Notes: generated by a model from the letters alone, not told the origin. DNA of 64,000 bases from Candidatus Latescibacterota bacterium (GCA_963422735.1 OY730476.1:2688001-2752000), one strand, 5' to 3'; numbered from the stretch's first letter, positions 47,423 to 57,712 are shown. Program-made: numbers and translations.

Positions 47423-48368
47423 CGTGCGGATGGGCCTCGGCGTAGATGGCTTGCAGGTGCTCTAAGCTCACTTCGGTATAGGTCTGAGTCGCGGCCAAAG
47501 TCGCGTGCCCGAGGAGTTCCTTGACGGCCCCTAGGTCGGCACCAGCGTCGAGGAGGTGGGCGGCAAAGGAATGGCGCAGGCGATGCGGGCTGAGCGAATC
47601 GTCTTCTGAGACTGTGCGCAGATGGCGCTCGACAATGCGCTGCACGGTGCGGCGGCTCAAGCGCTTACCACGCCCATTGAGAAAGATGGCACCGGCTTCT
47701 ACTTGGGACATATCAAATTCGAGCAGGACCTCGGCGCGGCGTTGCAGGTACGCTTTGAGTGCCTCTTGCGCCTTTGCACCAATGGGGGCGATGCGCTCCT
47801 TGCGGCCCTTGCCCATCACCTTGAGGGTGCCTTCGGCCAGATCCAGCGACGAGAGGTTGAGCCCCACCAGCTCGCCGAGGCGAATGCCCCCTCCGTAGAA
47901 CACCTCTAGAATGGCCCGGTCCCGCACACCACTGAACCACTCGGTCGAAGGGACTTCCATGGCCTCGGCGACCTGCTCTACGGGCAAATGCCGCGGCAAT
48001 GCACGCTCGACCAAGGGCGATGCCACCGCACCAGCCGGGTTGGCGACGAGCGCACCCTCGCGACAGAGATAGCGGAAGAGAGAGCGCAGGGCCGCCAACT
48101 TGCGGGCGACGGTACTGGCCTTGAGGCCCTTTTCCTCCAGATCGACAACAAAGGACTGCACCTGCTCGCGCTGCACCACCCGCAGCGGCAGTTGCAAATT
48201 ATCGACTCTCGGATAGAGAAAGCGGGCGAATTGCTGCAAGTCGCAGCGATATGAACTGAGGGTGTACTCGGAGCAGTTGCGCTCTTTGTGCAGGTATTCC
48301 AAGAAGCGGGCAATGCCCTCTTCGAGGCTAGATCCGGCGTGCAGAGCACTCTGCGGTGCATCGGCCAT
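47412..48368 (-). CDS. xerC: Tyrosine recombinase XerC
   Basis: ARKLAALRS, RDRAILE...GIRLGEL, GKGRKER, HRLRHSFA, LLGH, TQTY; directly downstream of topA. Confidence 0.9.
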   Translation of the reverse strand: MADAPQSALHAGSSLEEGIARFLEYLHKERNCSEYTLSSYRCDLQQFARFLYPRVDNLQLPLRVVQREQVQSFVVDLEEKGLKASTVARKLAALRSLFRYLCREGALVANPAGAVASPLVERALPRHLPVEQVAEAMEVPSTEWFSGVRDRAILEVFYGGGIRLGELVGLNLSSLDLAEGTLKVMGKGRKERIAPIGAKAQEALKAYLQRRAEVLLEFDMSQVEAGAIFLNGRGKRLSRRTVQRIVERHLRTVSEDDSLSPHRLRHSFAAHLLDAGADLGAVKELLGHATLAATQTYTEVSLEHLQAIYAEAHPHGAD

Positions 48369-48401
48369 GGCGTAGCGAGCCAAGGAGGAAAGAAGGAATA
48401 C

Positions 48402-50693
48402 TCAGGCAGCTTGGGCGCTTTTGTCTTTTTCGCCCTCTTCACTTTCGTACTCGGTGCCGCAGACCCGACAGTACATGACAGGGGGCCCCGAGCGGCTACC
48501 CTTTTCGTAGAGCAAGGCTGCGTCGCAATGCATGCACTTGCGGTCTATGGGGCGGTCCCAGCTAGCGAACTTGCACTGGGGATAAGTGCTGCAACCAAAG
48601 AAGACCTTGCCCTTGCGCGACCGCTTCTCCACGATCTGACCCTCGCAGCCTTCCTCTGGGCACTGGATCCCAAGGACATAAGGCTTGACGTTTTTACAAG
48701 TTGGATAGCTGCTACAAGCCAAAAAGCGGCCATAGCGGCCCGTCTTGACGATCATGGGCGCACTGCACTGATCGCAGACCTCGTCGGTCTCCACCTCGCT
48801 TTGCTCTTCGAGGGGCTTGGTGTTTTTGCACTTGGGATAACCGGAGCAAGCGAGGAAGCGGCCGTTGCGGCCCCACTTGACGACCATGTCGGCCCCGCAG
48901 TCCTCGCAGTCCTCGTCCGACGCCTCTTGCAGCGCGAGCTTTAGCTCTTTGCGGCGGTTGTTGGCCGCGTCTAAGTCACCCTTCCACGAGTCGTAGAACT
49001 GCTGCACGATCGCCACCCAGTTGGTACCCCCGTCTTCGACCTGATCGAGCTTGTCCTCCATCTGGGCTGTGAAAGCCACGTTGAAAAGATGGGGAAAGGT
49101 ATCGACGAGTAGTTTGTTGACGGTCTGGCCGCGATCGGTGGCCACGAAGTAGCGGTTGTCGACCTTTTCGACGTACTTGCGGTCGAGGATGGTAGTGATG
49201 ATTTGCGCGTAGGTCGAAGGACGGCCAATGCCCTCGGACTCTAGTTGCTTGACGAGAGATGCCTCGGTAAAGCGCGGCGGCGGCTTAGTAAAGTGCTGCT
49301 CAGGGGCGATCTGCTCTAACTTCAGCACCTCGCCCTCGGCAATGCCGGCGGGCATGGCCCGTGCCTCGTCCTCTTTTTTCCCCTGGGCGGTCCCATCAGA
49401 CATGGCCTCCGCCTTGTCCTCTTCTTCCTTGCTCTCGCTGTAGAGCAGAGTAAAGCCCGGAAACTTGACGACGCTACCTGTGGCTCGGATCAAATAGGGG
49501 CCGGCCTCGACATTGGCCGTCGTGATGCTGAGCACCTGCGGCTTCATCTGCGAGGCCACGAATCGCTTCCAGATCAGGGAGTACACCCGCGCCTGAGCCG
49601 GCGTGAGCAAGTGCTCGATCTCGTCTGGATGCAGGGCTACAGAGGTGGGGCGTATAGCCTCGTGGGCGTCTTGGGAGCTGTTCCTAGTCCGGTAGTGATT
49701 GGGTGCCTCGGGCACGTACTCGCGGCCATAGAGGGCGTCGATCTGCTCGCGCACCTCGGCGATGGCGTCGGCTGCAACGCGCACCGAATCCGTGCGCATA
49801 TAAGTAATTAGACCACGGGTTTCGCCCTGGACCTCGATTCCTTCGTATAGCTGCTGAGCTACAGCCATGGTGCGCTTGACCGAAAAGCGCATCCGCCGAG
49901 CGCATTCTTGCTGCAAGGTGCTGGTCGTGAAGGGCGGGGCCGGGCGGCGCACTTGGTCGCGCTGCTTGACCTCTTTGACCGCTATATCATGTGTGGCCAG
50001 CTCGGCGGCGATGCGATCGGCCTGCTCCTGATTGACGATATCGAGCTTCTCGCTGTCTTTGGTCAAAAGGCGCGCCCAGAACGAACCTCGGCTTTCGCGG
50101 CCCAAAAGGGCTTCAATTGACCAGTACTCCTGAGAATCAAACGCCTTGATCTCGCGGTCGCGCTCGCAGATTAACCGCACGGCTACGGATTGCACTCGAC
50201 CGGCTGAGAGCCCAGAATGTATGACCTTCCACAAAAGCGGGCTGATCTCGTAGCCGACTAAGCGGTCGAGTACGCGCCGCGCCTGCTGGGCATCGATCTT
50301 GTGAAGGTCCAGCACGCCCGAGTGCTCTAGCGACTCGCGCACCGCCTTGGGCGTGATCTCGTTGAAGAGAATTCGCTTGACGTTGTCGTCCTTGCGGGAG
50401 ATGGCTTGGGCTACGTGCCAAGCAATGGCCTCTCCCTCGCGATCGGGGTCGGTGGCCAAGTAGGTGGTATCGGCGGCTTGGGCTGCTTTGCGGAGGCCGC
50501 TGAGGATCTTGCCCTTGCCCCGAATCGTTACGTAGCGCGGCTTGAAGCCGTCTTCAATGTCGATGCCCAACTCTTTCGGCGGCAGGTCCCGCACATGCCC
50601 CATACAGGGTTTGACAACAAAATTTTTGCCCAAAATTTTGTTGATTGTCTTGGCCTTAGCTGGCGACTCGACAACCACCAATGACTTGCCCAT
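48402..50693 (-). CDS. topA: DNA topoisomerase I
   Basis: VVESPAKAKTI, LATDPDREGE, SAGRVQS, ITYMRTDS, QDAHEAIRPT, GIGRPSTY, C-terminal Zn ribbons. Confidence 0.98.
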   Translation of the reverse strand: MGKSLVVVESPAKAKTINKILGKNFVVKPCMGHVRDLPPKELGIDIEDGFKPRYVTIRGKGKILSGLRKAAQAADTTYLATDPDREGEAIAWHVAQAISRKDDNVKRILFNEITPKAVRESLEHSGVLDLHKIDAQQARRVLDRLVGYEISPLLWKVIHSGLSAGRVQSVAVRLICERDREIKAFDSQEYWSIEALLGRESRGSFWARLLTKDSEKLDIVNQEQADRIAAELATHDIAVKEVKQRDQVRRPAPPFTTSTLQQECARRMRFSVKRTMAVAQQLYEGIEVQGETRGLITYMRTDSVRVAADAIAEVREQIDALYGREYVPEAPNHYRTRNSSQDAHEAIRPTSVALHPDEIEHLLTPAQARVYSLIWKRFVASQMKPQVLSITTANVEAGPYLIRATGSVVKFPGFTLLYSESKEEEDKAEAMSDGTAQGKKEDEARAMPAGIAEGEVLKLEQIAPEQHFTKPPPRFTEASLVKQLESEGIGRPSTYAQIITTILDRKYVEKVDNRYFVATDRGQTVNKLLVDTFPHLFNVAFTAQMEDKLDQVEDGGTNWVAIVQQFYDSWKGDLDAANNRRKELKLALQEASDEDCEDCGADMVVKWGRNGRFLACSGYPKCKNTKPLEEQSEVETDEVCDQCSAPMIVKTGRYGRFLACSSYPTCKNVKPYVLGIQCPEEGCEGQIVEKRSRKGKVFFGCSTYPQCKFASWDRPIDRKCMHCDAALLYEKGSRSGPPVMYCRVCGTEYESEEGEKDKSAQAA

Positions 50694-50853
50694 CTGCTCC
50701 CTCGGTTGATAGCACTTAAGCCGTAAGTTACACAATTTTCTGAATATATAGACGCCCTAAGACAATCGCAAGACGCACTCTTGACAAACCAAAGCTGCCG
50801 CCTTTTTGTAACGCATCCGGTATTACGCGCTACATTCTCTGGGGTTTGCTACC

Positions 50854-51609
50854 TTGATCCATCGCAAGAAATCAAGCGAGATAGAGCACATTGCCGCTAG
50901 CTGCGAGATCGTCTTCGCCGTCCAGCAAAAGCTCGAAGCACTCATCGCGCCTGGCGTCAGCACCCTCGAGTTGGACCAAGTCGCCGAGGCCGACATCCGC
51001 TCCTTAGAGGCTGTGCCCGCCTTCAAGGGATACCACGGCTTCCCCTACTCGATCTGCACTTCAGTAAATGCCGCAATCGTACACGGGTTCCCCGACGAAA
51101 CCCCACTGCAAGAGGGCGACATCGTCAGCATTGACGTGGGTGCCCGCCTCGACGGCTACTATGGCGACGGGGCCTTTACCGTCGCAGTTGGCGCGATCAG
51201 CACCCAAGCGCAACACCTCATTGATGGCACCCGCGCCTGCCTCGCACAGGGCATTGACCGAGCGCGATCCGGCGGACGACTTTCCGACATCTCGCACGCC
51301 ATCCAGTGCCACGCCGAAAGTCAAGGGCTGGCCGTAGTGCGCGAGTACGGGGGCCACGGCATTGGCCGCGAGCTGCACGAGTCGCCCTATATCGAAAACT
51401 ATGGCCCGCCCGGCAAAGGTCCTCTGCTCAAGCCCGGGCACGTATTCTGTATCGAGCCAATCCTCTGCCTAGGCGACCCCCAAATCGACCATCTCGACGA
51501 TTGGACCACCCTTACCTCCGACCGCTCGCTCGCCGCCCACGCCGAGCACACTGTGGCCATTACTGAGGAGGGGCCGCGGATTCTGACTCTGCCCGCTGTG
51601 CCGGCATGA
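50854..51609 (+). CDS. map: Methionine aminopeptidase type I
   Basis: CTSVN...VHGFP, GDIVSIDVG, GHGIG...HESP, IEP, AHAEHT. Confidence 0.96.
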   Translation: MIHRKKSSEIEHIAASCEIVFAVQQKLEALIAPGVSTLELDQVAEADIRSLEAVPAFKGYHGFPYSICTSVNAAIVHGFPDETPLQEGDIVSIDVGARLDGYYGDGAFTVAVGAISTQAQHLIDGTRACLAQGIDRARSGGRLSDISHAIQCHAESQGLAVVREYGGHGIGRELHESPYIENYGPPGKGPLLKPGHVFCIEPILCLGDPQIDHLDDWTTLTSDRSLAAHAEHTVAITEEGPRILTLPAVPA

Positions 51610-52364
51610 AGGTCACTTTCCTCGGCACCGGCACTTCTATCGGGGTGCCGCGCATCGGCTGCTACTGCCCGGTTTGCGCCTCGGACGACCCGAAAAACAA
51701 GCGCTTGCGTTGCGCCTTACACCTAGCACATCAAGGTCGATCAATCCTCGTAGATGCCGGCCCAGATCTCAGAACTCAAGCCCTGCGCTACCAGATCGAC
51801 CGCGTCGATTGCGTACTGTTGACCCACGGGCACGCAGATCATCTGCACGGCCTCGACGACGTGCGCTCCTATTGCTTCGACCGCGACCAGCCGCTGCCCT
51901 GCTATGCGGACCCGCACACCATTGTACGCATCGAGCGAGTCTTCGACTACGCCTTTGACAAAGACGCCCCCAGCGCGACGCCGCAGATCGCCCTGCGTCC
52001 GATTGCCGGGCCGTTCACAGCCTGTGGGATCGCCATCGAGCCACTCACCATCTATCACGGCCGCGCCCCGGTCCTAGCCTTCCGCATCGGCAACTTCGCC
52101 TACGCTACGGACACGAACTACATCCCAGAGACGGCAATGGCGCGGCTGCGCGGCCTAGAGGTTTTGGTCCTCGACGCACTGCGCCACAAAGAACATCCCA
52201 CCCATTTCAACGTCGAGCAGGCGTTGGCCATTGTCGCCGAACTCCAGCCTACTCGCACGTACTTCACGCATATAGCCCACGACCTCGACCACCATCAGAC
52301 CAATGCCGAACTCCCCCCAGGCGTGCAACTCGCCTACGACGGATTGGTGCTGGAGTTGAGATAA
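51606..52364 (+). CDS. PhnP-like MBL-fold metallo-hydrolase
   Basis: FLGTGTSIGVPRIGCxCxxC, THGHADHLHGLDD, THIAH, AYDG. Confidence 0.93.
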   Translation: MKVTFLGTGTSIGVPRIGCYCPVCASDDPKNKRLRCALHLAHQGRSILVDAGPDLRTQALRYQIDRVDCVLLTHGHADHLHGLDDVRSYCFDRDQPLPCYADPHTIVRIERVFDYAFDKDAPSATPQIALRPIAGPFTACGIAIEPLTIYHGRAPVLAFRIGNFAYATDTNYIPETAMARLRGLEVLVLDALRHKEHPTHFNVEQALAIVAELQPTRTYFTHIAHDLDHHQTNAELPPGVQLAYDGLVLELR

Positions 52365-52402
52365 AAAAACGAGGACGCCGCCGGCCTCCCGACGACATCC
52401 TC
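52363..52402 (-). terminator. Rho-independent terminator of nrdJ
   Basis: On the minus strand CGAGGATGTCGTCGG-GAGG-CCGGCGGCGTCCTCG followed by TTTTTTT. Confidence 0.8.
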
Positions 52403-52434
52403 GCCTCAAGCAAAAAGCACTGTCCGGCTTTAGT

Positions 52435-54768
52435 TCAACACTTGGACCACCCGCAGTGCTTGCACAGCAGACAGCTACTCTCATACGATACCGTCGACCC
52501 ACACTCTGGACAAGTCGTCAGCGTCTTCGGCTCGCTGCTCTCGACAAAACTGGGCGGCGCGTCCTCGGAGGCGACAGCATCAAGCTGCTTGCCTGCCTTC
52601 CGCTGCAAATAGCGCTCCATCGCCTTGCCAATGGCGTCCGGCGTCGATAGCACGAGCTCGCCGTCTTCCCACACCGGACTCGGTCCCGAAATGCCCTTCA
52701 ACTGGCTAATGACTTCCTGCGGGTCAACGCCCGAGCGCAACGCGAGCGAAATTAGCCGACTGATGGCCTCGGACTGGGCAGCCGCATTGCCGCCCGCCTT
52801 GCCGATAGTGCTAAAGACCTCGCAGACCCCGTATTCGTCTTCGTTGATGGTTACATAGATCTTGCCCTCGCCGGTGTTGATCCGCTCGGTAATGCCCGTG
52901 GTGACGGCCGGGCGGCGGCGGCGGTGCCGAAAGCCATCCGGCCCCAAGGAATCCGGAGCTTCCTTATTGTCGGCTTGGCCTTCGGTCTGCAGGATGCCCT
53001 CGCGGCTGCCCTCGCGGTACACCGTAACGCCCTTGAGACCCTCCTTGTACGCGGTGATGTAGATGTCGGCGACCGTCTCTATAGCGATGTCTTTGGGCAG
53101 ATTGATCGTCGAAGAAATGCTGCTATCGGTGTATTTCTGGATCACGCCCTGCATCTTGACTCGGAAGTAGGGGTCAATTTCGTGGGCCGTCACGACGTAA
53201 TCGGGCAGGTCCTCGTCTCCGCCGAAGGCGCGCTGGATGAGCGGATGATAGACCTTGTATTCGCGGAAACTCTCGCCGTCGTCCTGCTTTACCCGGCGGG
53301 TGTAGCTAGTGCAGAAGATCGGCTCAATCCCCGAACTCGTCTGCGCCACAATGGAACCCGTGCCCACCGGCGGCATCGTAATCAAGGTGCAATTGCGCAG
53401 GCCGTGCTCGGCGATTTTATCTTGCAGCCCTTGGGGCAGGTTCTGGATGAATTTGCTCTGCTTGAGGCCCGCCCAGTCGAAAAGCGGAAAGGCCCCCTTT
53501 TCACGGGCCAATTCGACGGACATTTCATAGGCGTTGTGGCAGATGGTGGCCATAATGCGGTCGATTCGTGCCAAGGCCTCGTCCGAATCGTATTTGCTCT
53601 GCATCAGGACCAACGCGTCGGCCATGCCGGTGACGCCCAAACCCACCCGGCGATCAGAGGCTACGGCTTCCCGAATTTTGGGCAAGGCATGGTTATCCAC
53701 GTTGTAATCAATGACGTTGTCCAAAAAGCGGGTCGCCACGCGAGCGGCCTGCCCCAACTCCTCGTAGTCGAGCTCGCCGTCGGCACGGACGAAGTTCACC
53801 AAATTGAGATTGCCTAGGTTGCAGGCCGTGTACGACGCCAGCGGCTGCTCGCCGCAGGGGTTGGTGCTAGTGAGCGGATTGGCGTATTCGACATTGTGAT
53901 ACTCGCGCATCGTATCCCAAAAAATAATCCCCGGCTCGGCGCTAGCATGGGCATTGGCGATGATCTTGTCCCACAATTGGCGCGCCTTGACCGTGCGGAA
54001 TACCTTGCCATCCCAGCGCAGGTCAAAGTCCGAGTCGGCCAACACAGCCTGCATGAACTCGTGGGTAATCAGCACGCTGATGTTGGCGTACTGCACTTTG
54101 GCCCGGTTGGCGTCGTTCTTGATGGTGATGAAGTCTTCAATATCGGGATGATCAACCCGCAAGGTCAGCATCAGGGCACCGCGGCGGCCGGCTTGGGAGA
54201 CGGCATTGGTGCTCTCGGAGAGCAGGTTCATAAAGGCGGTGCAACCCGGCGAGGCATCCACCGTGGCGTTGACCGTGGCCCCGTGTGGCCTGAGAATCGA
54301 CAAATCCGTGCCGACGCCGCCGCCCGTGCGGTACACCATCGCCGACTCACTCAGACAGCGATAGATACCCTCTAGGCTATCCTCTTCGATGGGAATGACA
54401 TAGCAGTTGGACAGCGTCGGCTTGCGCCTAGCTTCGTCGCGGCCGGCCCCGTGCATAACGCGCCCGCCGGGGATGAACTTGAAGTCCATCAACAGCGAGA
54501 AGAAGCGGTCGTACCAGTACTGGGGCTCCTTCTCTACTGAGGCCATGGCTCGGGCGATGCGGTCCCAGATGTGTAGCGGCCCGATCTCGCCGGGTGCCAA
54601 GTACTTGTTGTGCAAAACGTCGATGGCGAGGTCGTTGTCCCCGTAATAGGTCTTAGCATCGGCAGCGCGAGCCAAGAGAGCGTCGTGGCCGTTGCGCTTG
54701 AGACCGTGGTCTTCAAGCTGCGCCAGCATATCTTCAAAGCGGTGTGCGACTACGCGTTCGGGTTCCAT
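52435..54768 (-). CDS. nrdJ: Adenosylcobalamin-dependent (class II) ribonucleotide reductase
   Basis: PGGR, TLSNCY, GRRGALM, TNPCGEQPL, ACNLG, TSSGIEP, GLKGVTVYREGSR, TSCPD-type C-terminal domain and Zn ribbon ending GWSKC. Confidence 0.95.
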   Translation of the reverse strand: MEPERVVAHRFEDMLAQLEDHGLKRNGHDALLARAADAKTYYGDNDLAIDVLHNKYLAPGEIGPLHIWDRIARAMASVEKEPQYWYDRFFSLLMDFKFIPGGRVMHGAGRDEARRKPTLSNCYVIPIEEDSLEGIYRCLSESAMVYRTGGGVGTDLSILRPHGATVNATVDASPGCTAFMNLLSESTNAVSQAGRRGALMLTLRVDHPDIEDFITIKNDANRAKVQYANISVLITHEFMQAVLADSDFDLRWDGKVFRTVKARQLWDKIIANAHASAEPGIIFWDTMREYHNVEYANPLTSTNPCGEQPLASYTACNLGNLNLVNFVRADGELDYEELGQAARVATRFLDNVIDYNVDNHALPKIREAVASDRRVGLGVTGMADALVLMQSKYDSDEALARIDRIMATICHNAYEMSVELAREKGAFPLFDWAGLKQSKFIQNLPQGLQDKIAEHGLRNCTLITMPPVGTGSIVAQTSSGIEPIFCTSYTRRVKQDDGESFREYKVYHPLIQRAFGGDEDLPDYVVTAHEIDPYFRVKMQGVIQKYTDSSISSTINLPKDIAIETVADIYITAYKEGLKGVTVYREGSREGILQTEGQADNKEAPDSLGPDGFRHRRRRPAVTTGITERINTGEGKIYVTINEDEYGVCEVFSTIGKAGGNAAAQSEAISRLISLALRSGVDPQEVISQLKGISGPSPVWEDGELVLSTPDAIGKAMERYLQRKAGKQLDAVASEDAPPSFVESSEPKTLTTCPECGSTVSYESSCLLCKHCGWSKC

Positions 54769-54888
54769 TCATGCCCTCCCTTTGAAGCAAAAAAATCCAT
54801 GGGCGACGTGGTAAAACATCGCCAAAAATAGAAAATCGGGTTAATTACTGTTAGAGTTAGGGAAGAGAACAAAAAGTGCAGCCTTGAA

Positions 54889-54935
54889 ATACACTATCTC
54901 AGGGCTGCACACTCGTCGGACACAAGATGTTGTGT
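54889..54935. promoter_or_regulatory. Tandem NrdR boxes upstream of nrdJ
   Basis: ACACAAGATGTTGTGT (54920-54935) matches acaCwAtATaTwGtgt; weaker box ATACACTATCTCAGGG (54889-54904) is offset by 31 bp. Confidence 0.8.
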
Positions 54936-54943
54936 CGCGGCTA

Positions 54944-54972
54944 AAGGTAGAAACGACGTGCGTATTTGTCAA
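54944..54972 (-). promoter_or_regulatory. Sigma70-type promoter of nrdJ
   Basis: Minus strand TTGACA, 17 bp, TACCTT immediately upstream of the strong NrdR box. Confidence 0.6.
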
Positions 54973-55046
54973 GGTAAATTATCTGGTCCAGAGCAGTTTC
55001 TTTTTAATCCGGTTGCGATGCGCTAAAAAGCGCATCAACCTCTTAG

Positions 55047-55499
55047 TTATTTATTGGCTAGTTGCTCCAATTCACGCATGAAATCGCTCTTGTCTTTGAA
55101 CTGGCGATAGACCGAAGCAAAACGCACATACGCGACGTCGTTGAGCTGGCGCAAATGCTCCATGACGCGCTGGCCGATCTGTTTGGAGGGAATTTCCTTC
55201 ACGTTGAGGCTACCCACTTCGGCCTCGACCTGATCGACGAGTTGCTCAATCGCCTCGGCCGATATGGTCGTCTTGTAACAGGCTATCTGAATCTTGTCGA
55301 GCAGTTTGCTGCGATCGAAAGGCTCCCGTCGGCCATCAGCTTTGATAACGGAGAGAGGCACGTTTTCGATGTATTCATAGGTTGTGAAGCGCTTGGCACA
55401 GCTTATGCACTCGCGACGACGACGGATCGCCATACCTTCGCGGCACGACCGCGAATCCACCACCCGATCTTCTTCACAATTACAATAAGGACACCTCAT
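55047..55499 (-). CDS. nrdR: Transcriptional repressor NrdR
   Basis: MRCPYC...VVDSR...IRRRRECxxCxKRFTTYE, ATP cone, VAYVRFASVY; GGAGG RBS. Confidence 0.97.
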   Translation of the reverse strand: MRCPYCNCEEDRVVDSRSCREGMAIRRRRECISCAKRFTTYEYIENVPLSVIKADGRREPFDRSKLLDKIQIACYKTTISAEAIEQLVDQVEAEVGSLNVKEIPSKQIGQRVMEHLRQLNDVAYVRFASVYRQFKDKSDFMRELEQLANK

Positions 55500-55553
55500 A
55501 GACTTCCTCCCACTAGTTTGTTCAGACTTTGTGCTAGGAAGATAGGGCAACCG

Positions 55554-56210
55554 TTAGTTGAGCCTGAAGGTGAAGGGCAGGCTAACCCAGACCTTGACCG
55601 GCCTGTCGTTTTGCATCGCCGGCGTAAATTCCGACTGAAGAGCTGCGGCTTTGGCGACCTCGTGGAAAACCTTGGGGCCAGTAATCTTGCCAATCTGCTC
55701 AACCTTGCCGCCTTTGCCGACTAGCGCCGTGACAAACACCTTGCCGGTGATGTTGGCCTTCTGGGCGGTAGCCGGATACTTCGGCTTTACTTTTTTGATG
55801 ATCACGGGCTGCTTCTCGACCCGCCACAACTCGACGATCTCTTCTTCCTCTTCCAGCTCGACTTTCTCAACCACCTCTTCCTCCAACGGCGGTGGCGGTG
55901 CCAAATCGTCGAGACCGAGGTCGAGATCGGTGTCCTCAATGGTCACGTCATCCGGGACATCCGGGTTGTCGGTAGGCACGGGCACTACCGGCCGGGCTGG
56001 CGGTGGAGGCCGGCGTTCCTGTTTAGTCTCGGGGATTTCTTCGAGTTGAATGATAATCGGCTCTTCGGATTTGGCGTAGGCTTCGGGCTCGAAGGTGGGG
56101 AAGAGGACAAAGAGGGCCACGTGCAAGAGGGTAGAAAGCCCCGTGCAGGCCCATAACGTCTTCCGGTACGTCAATCGCAGGTTGGCTTCAGGCTGCTTGC
56201 CGCGAATCAT
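55554..56210 (-). CDS. tonB: Energy transducer TonB
   Basis: N-terminal TM with SxxxH, Pro/acidic linker, PKYPxxA...FTPA...FTFRL. Confidence 0.9.
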   Translation of the reverse strand: MIRGKQPEANLRLTYRKTLWACTGLSTLLHVALFVLFPTFEPEAYAKSEEPIIIQLEEIPETKQERRPPPPARPVVPVPTDNPDVPDDVTIEDTDLDLGLDDLAPPPPLEEEVVEKVELEEEEEIVELWRVEKQPVIIKKVKPKYPATAQKANITGKVFVTALVGKGGKVEQIGKITGPKVFHEVAKAAALQSEFTPAMQNDRPVKVWVSLPFTFRLN

Positions 56211-56620
56211 CAGTCCTGCTCCCGTTTGGTGGAGAAGTTGACCCGCAGAGCCTCAACCTTGCGCAACTCCTCCATGACATCGGAAATCACCCCGAATTCG
56301 GAATCCTTATCGCCCCGCAACGAGATGATCAACCGAGGATTGGCCGTCAGGTACTTATGCACCAGCTTGCCCACTTCGGAAAGCGGTATGTTCCGGTCTT
56401 CGATATTGACGACTCCCTCGCTATTGACCCAAACCTGCAATACGTTGCGGCGACTTTCGAGTTTCTCAATTTTTTCGGCCTCTGGCAGCTCCACCGGTAC
56501 GCCCCTATAGCGCACAAAAACCGTCGAGACCATAAAAAACACGAGAAGCAAAAAGGATATATCGGCCATAGAGGCCGTGGGAATAACGCCAACTACTTTG
56601 GCTTTGCGTGCGAATTTCAT
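56210..56620 (-). CDS. exbD: Biopolymer transporter ExbD
   Basis: IPTASMADISFLLLVFFMV, LRGDKD...DVMEEL. Confidence 0.92.
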   Translation of the reverse strand: MKFARKAKVVGVIPTASMADISFLLLVFFMVSTVFVRYRGVPVELPEAEKIEKLESRRNVLQVWVNSEGVVNIEDRNIPLSEVGKLVHKYLTANPRLIISLRGDKDSEFGVISDVMEELRKVEALRVNFSTKREQD

Positions 56621-56623
56621 CGG

Positions 56624-57037
56624 CTATTCTTCCGGGTTGGCAATCGAGATTTTGGTGGCCCCGGCCAGTTTGAGCTCGTCTAGTACATCAACGAAGGTCC
56701 GATAGGTGGCCCCGCGCTCGGTCTTGAGCGAGACGATCAGATTCTCGTTTTCCCGCAGACGCCCTTCAATTCGTCCCTTGAACTCGGCAAACGGCACTGG
56801 CGTTAGCTGGTCATTCTCAAAAAAGGCGACCTGATCGCGGGCGTTAATCCACACGTTGAGAATATTCTTTTCTCGTACTTCCTTGGTCTCGCCCACCGGC
56901 GGCAAATGCAACGAGAGGCCCTTGTCTTGGTTCATGGTGGTCGTGACGAGGAAGAACACGATTAGCAAAAAGGCGATATCCGCCATCGAAGCCGTGGGGA
57001 TTTCCGGGGAAACCCGACTCTGGCGCCTCCCGATCAC
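56624..57037 (-). CDS. exbD: Biopolymer transporter ExbD (second copy)
   Basis: IPTASMADIAFLLIVFFLVTT, VDVLDELKLAG. Confidence 0.92.
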   Translation of the reverse strand: MIGRRQSRVSPEIPTASMADIAFLLIVFFLVTTTMNQDKGLSLHLPPVGETKEVREKNILNVWINARDQVAFFENDQLTPVPFAEFKGRIEGRLRENENLIVSLKTERGATYRTFVDVLDELKLAGATKISIANPEE

Positions 57038-57039
57038 GT

Positions 57040-57657
57040 CTAGGCTCCTTGGTGCTGGCGCTCGGCCAATAGGTCGATGAAGTTGGCCGTCTGTTCGGTC
57101 ATGTCGGCGATGATCCTGTCAATGCGATTGGCGCAGAAGTTATAGCAAAACTGGATCAGGATGCCCACGATCAGACCCGCAGCCGTGGTGATTAGGGCCT
57201 CGGAAATACCACCCGCGACCATGGAAGGCTCGACATCGCCGGCTTCCTTGATCGTCTGAAAGGCGTTGATCATACCGCTGACCGTGCCCAAAAAACCTAT
57301 CATCGGTGCCAAGTTAGCCACTGTCGAGAGCCAGACCATGCCGCGCTCGAGAAAGGCCATTTCTACTGCGCCGGAATTGTCAATGGCTTTCTCGACGTGG
57401 TCGATGCCGCGCTCCAAGCGCAGAAGCCCAGCGTGGATGACTGAGGCAACCGGACCGCGCGTATTCGAGCAAAGCTCAGCCGCGGCGTCGGCCCCCCCGC
57501 TTTTGAGTGCATCTTCGAGGCTCGTGAAGAAATTCGCAGCGTCAACCGACGACCGCGACAGATTGTACAGGCGCTCAATAGCTACGGCAACGCCGATGAT
57601 GAGCAGAATGAGTAGAGGATACATCGCCCACCCACCGTCTTGAAAAAGCTCTATCAT
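57040..57657 (-). CDS. exbB: MotA/TolQ/ExbB proton channel
   Basis: GGWAMYPL, APMIGFLGTVSGMI, GGISEALITTAAGL. Confidence 0.93.
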   Translation of the reverse strand: MIELFQDGGWAMYPLLILLIIGVAVAIERLYNLSRSSVDAANFFTSLEDALKSGGADAAAELCSNTRGPVASVIHAGLLRLERGIDHVEKAIDNSGAVEMAFLERGMVWLSTVANLAPMIGFLGTVSGMINAFQTIKEAGDVEPSMVAGGISEALITTAAGLIVGILIQFCYNFCANRIDRIIADMTEQTANFIDLLAERQHQGA

Positions 57658-57712
57658 TTTTTCTCCTCGCGATTATTAATGTTAGTCCCGGCCCAACAGA
57701 CCGGAGCGGTGC

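Noticed and set aside
47412-48368. Tyrosine recombinase as a prophage or island integrase near tRNAs
   Set aside because: Size, motifs and position after topA fit housekeeping XerC; no phage genes or duplicated tRNA 3' end were seen.
52435-54768. Intein or intron in nrdJ (or in topA, thyA)
   Set aside because: Lengths are normal, catalytic motifs are contiguous, and no splice or homing endonuclease motifs were seen.
54769-55046. Cobalamin riboswitch upstream of the B12-dependent reductase
   Set aside because: No B12-box or core riboswitch motifs; the region is explained by a promoter and NrdR boxes.
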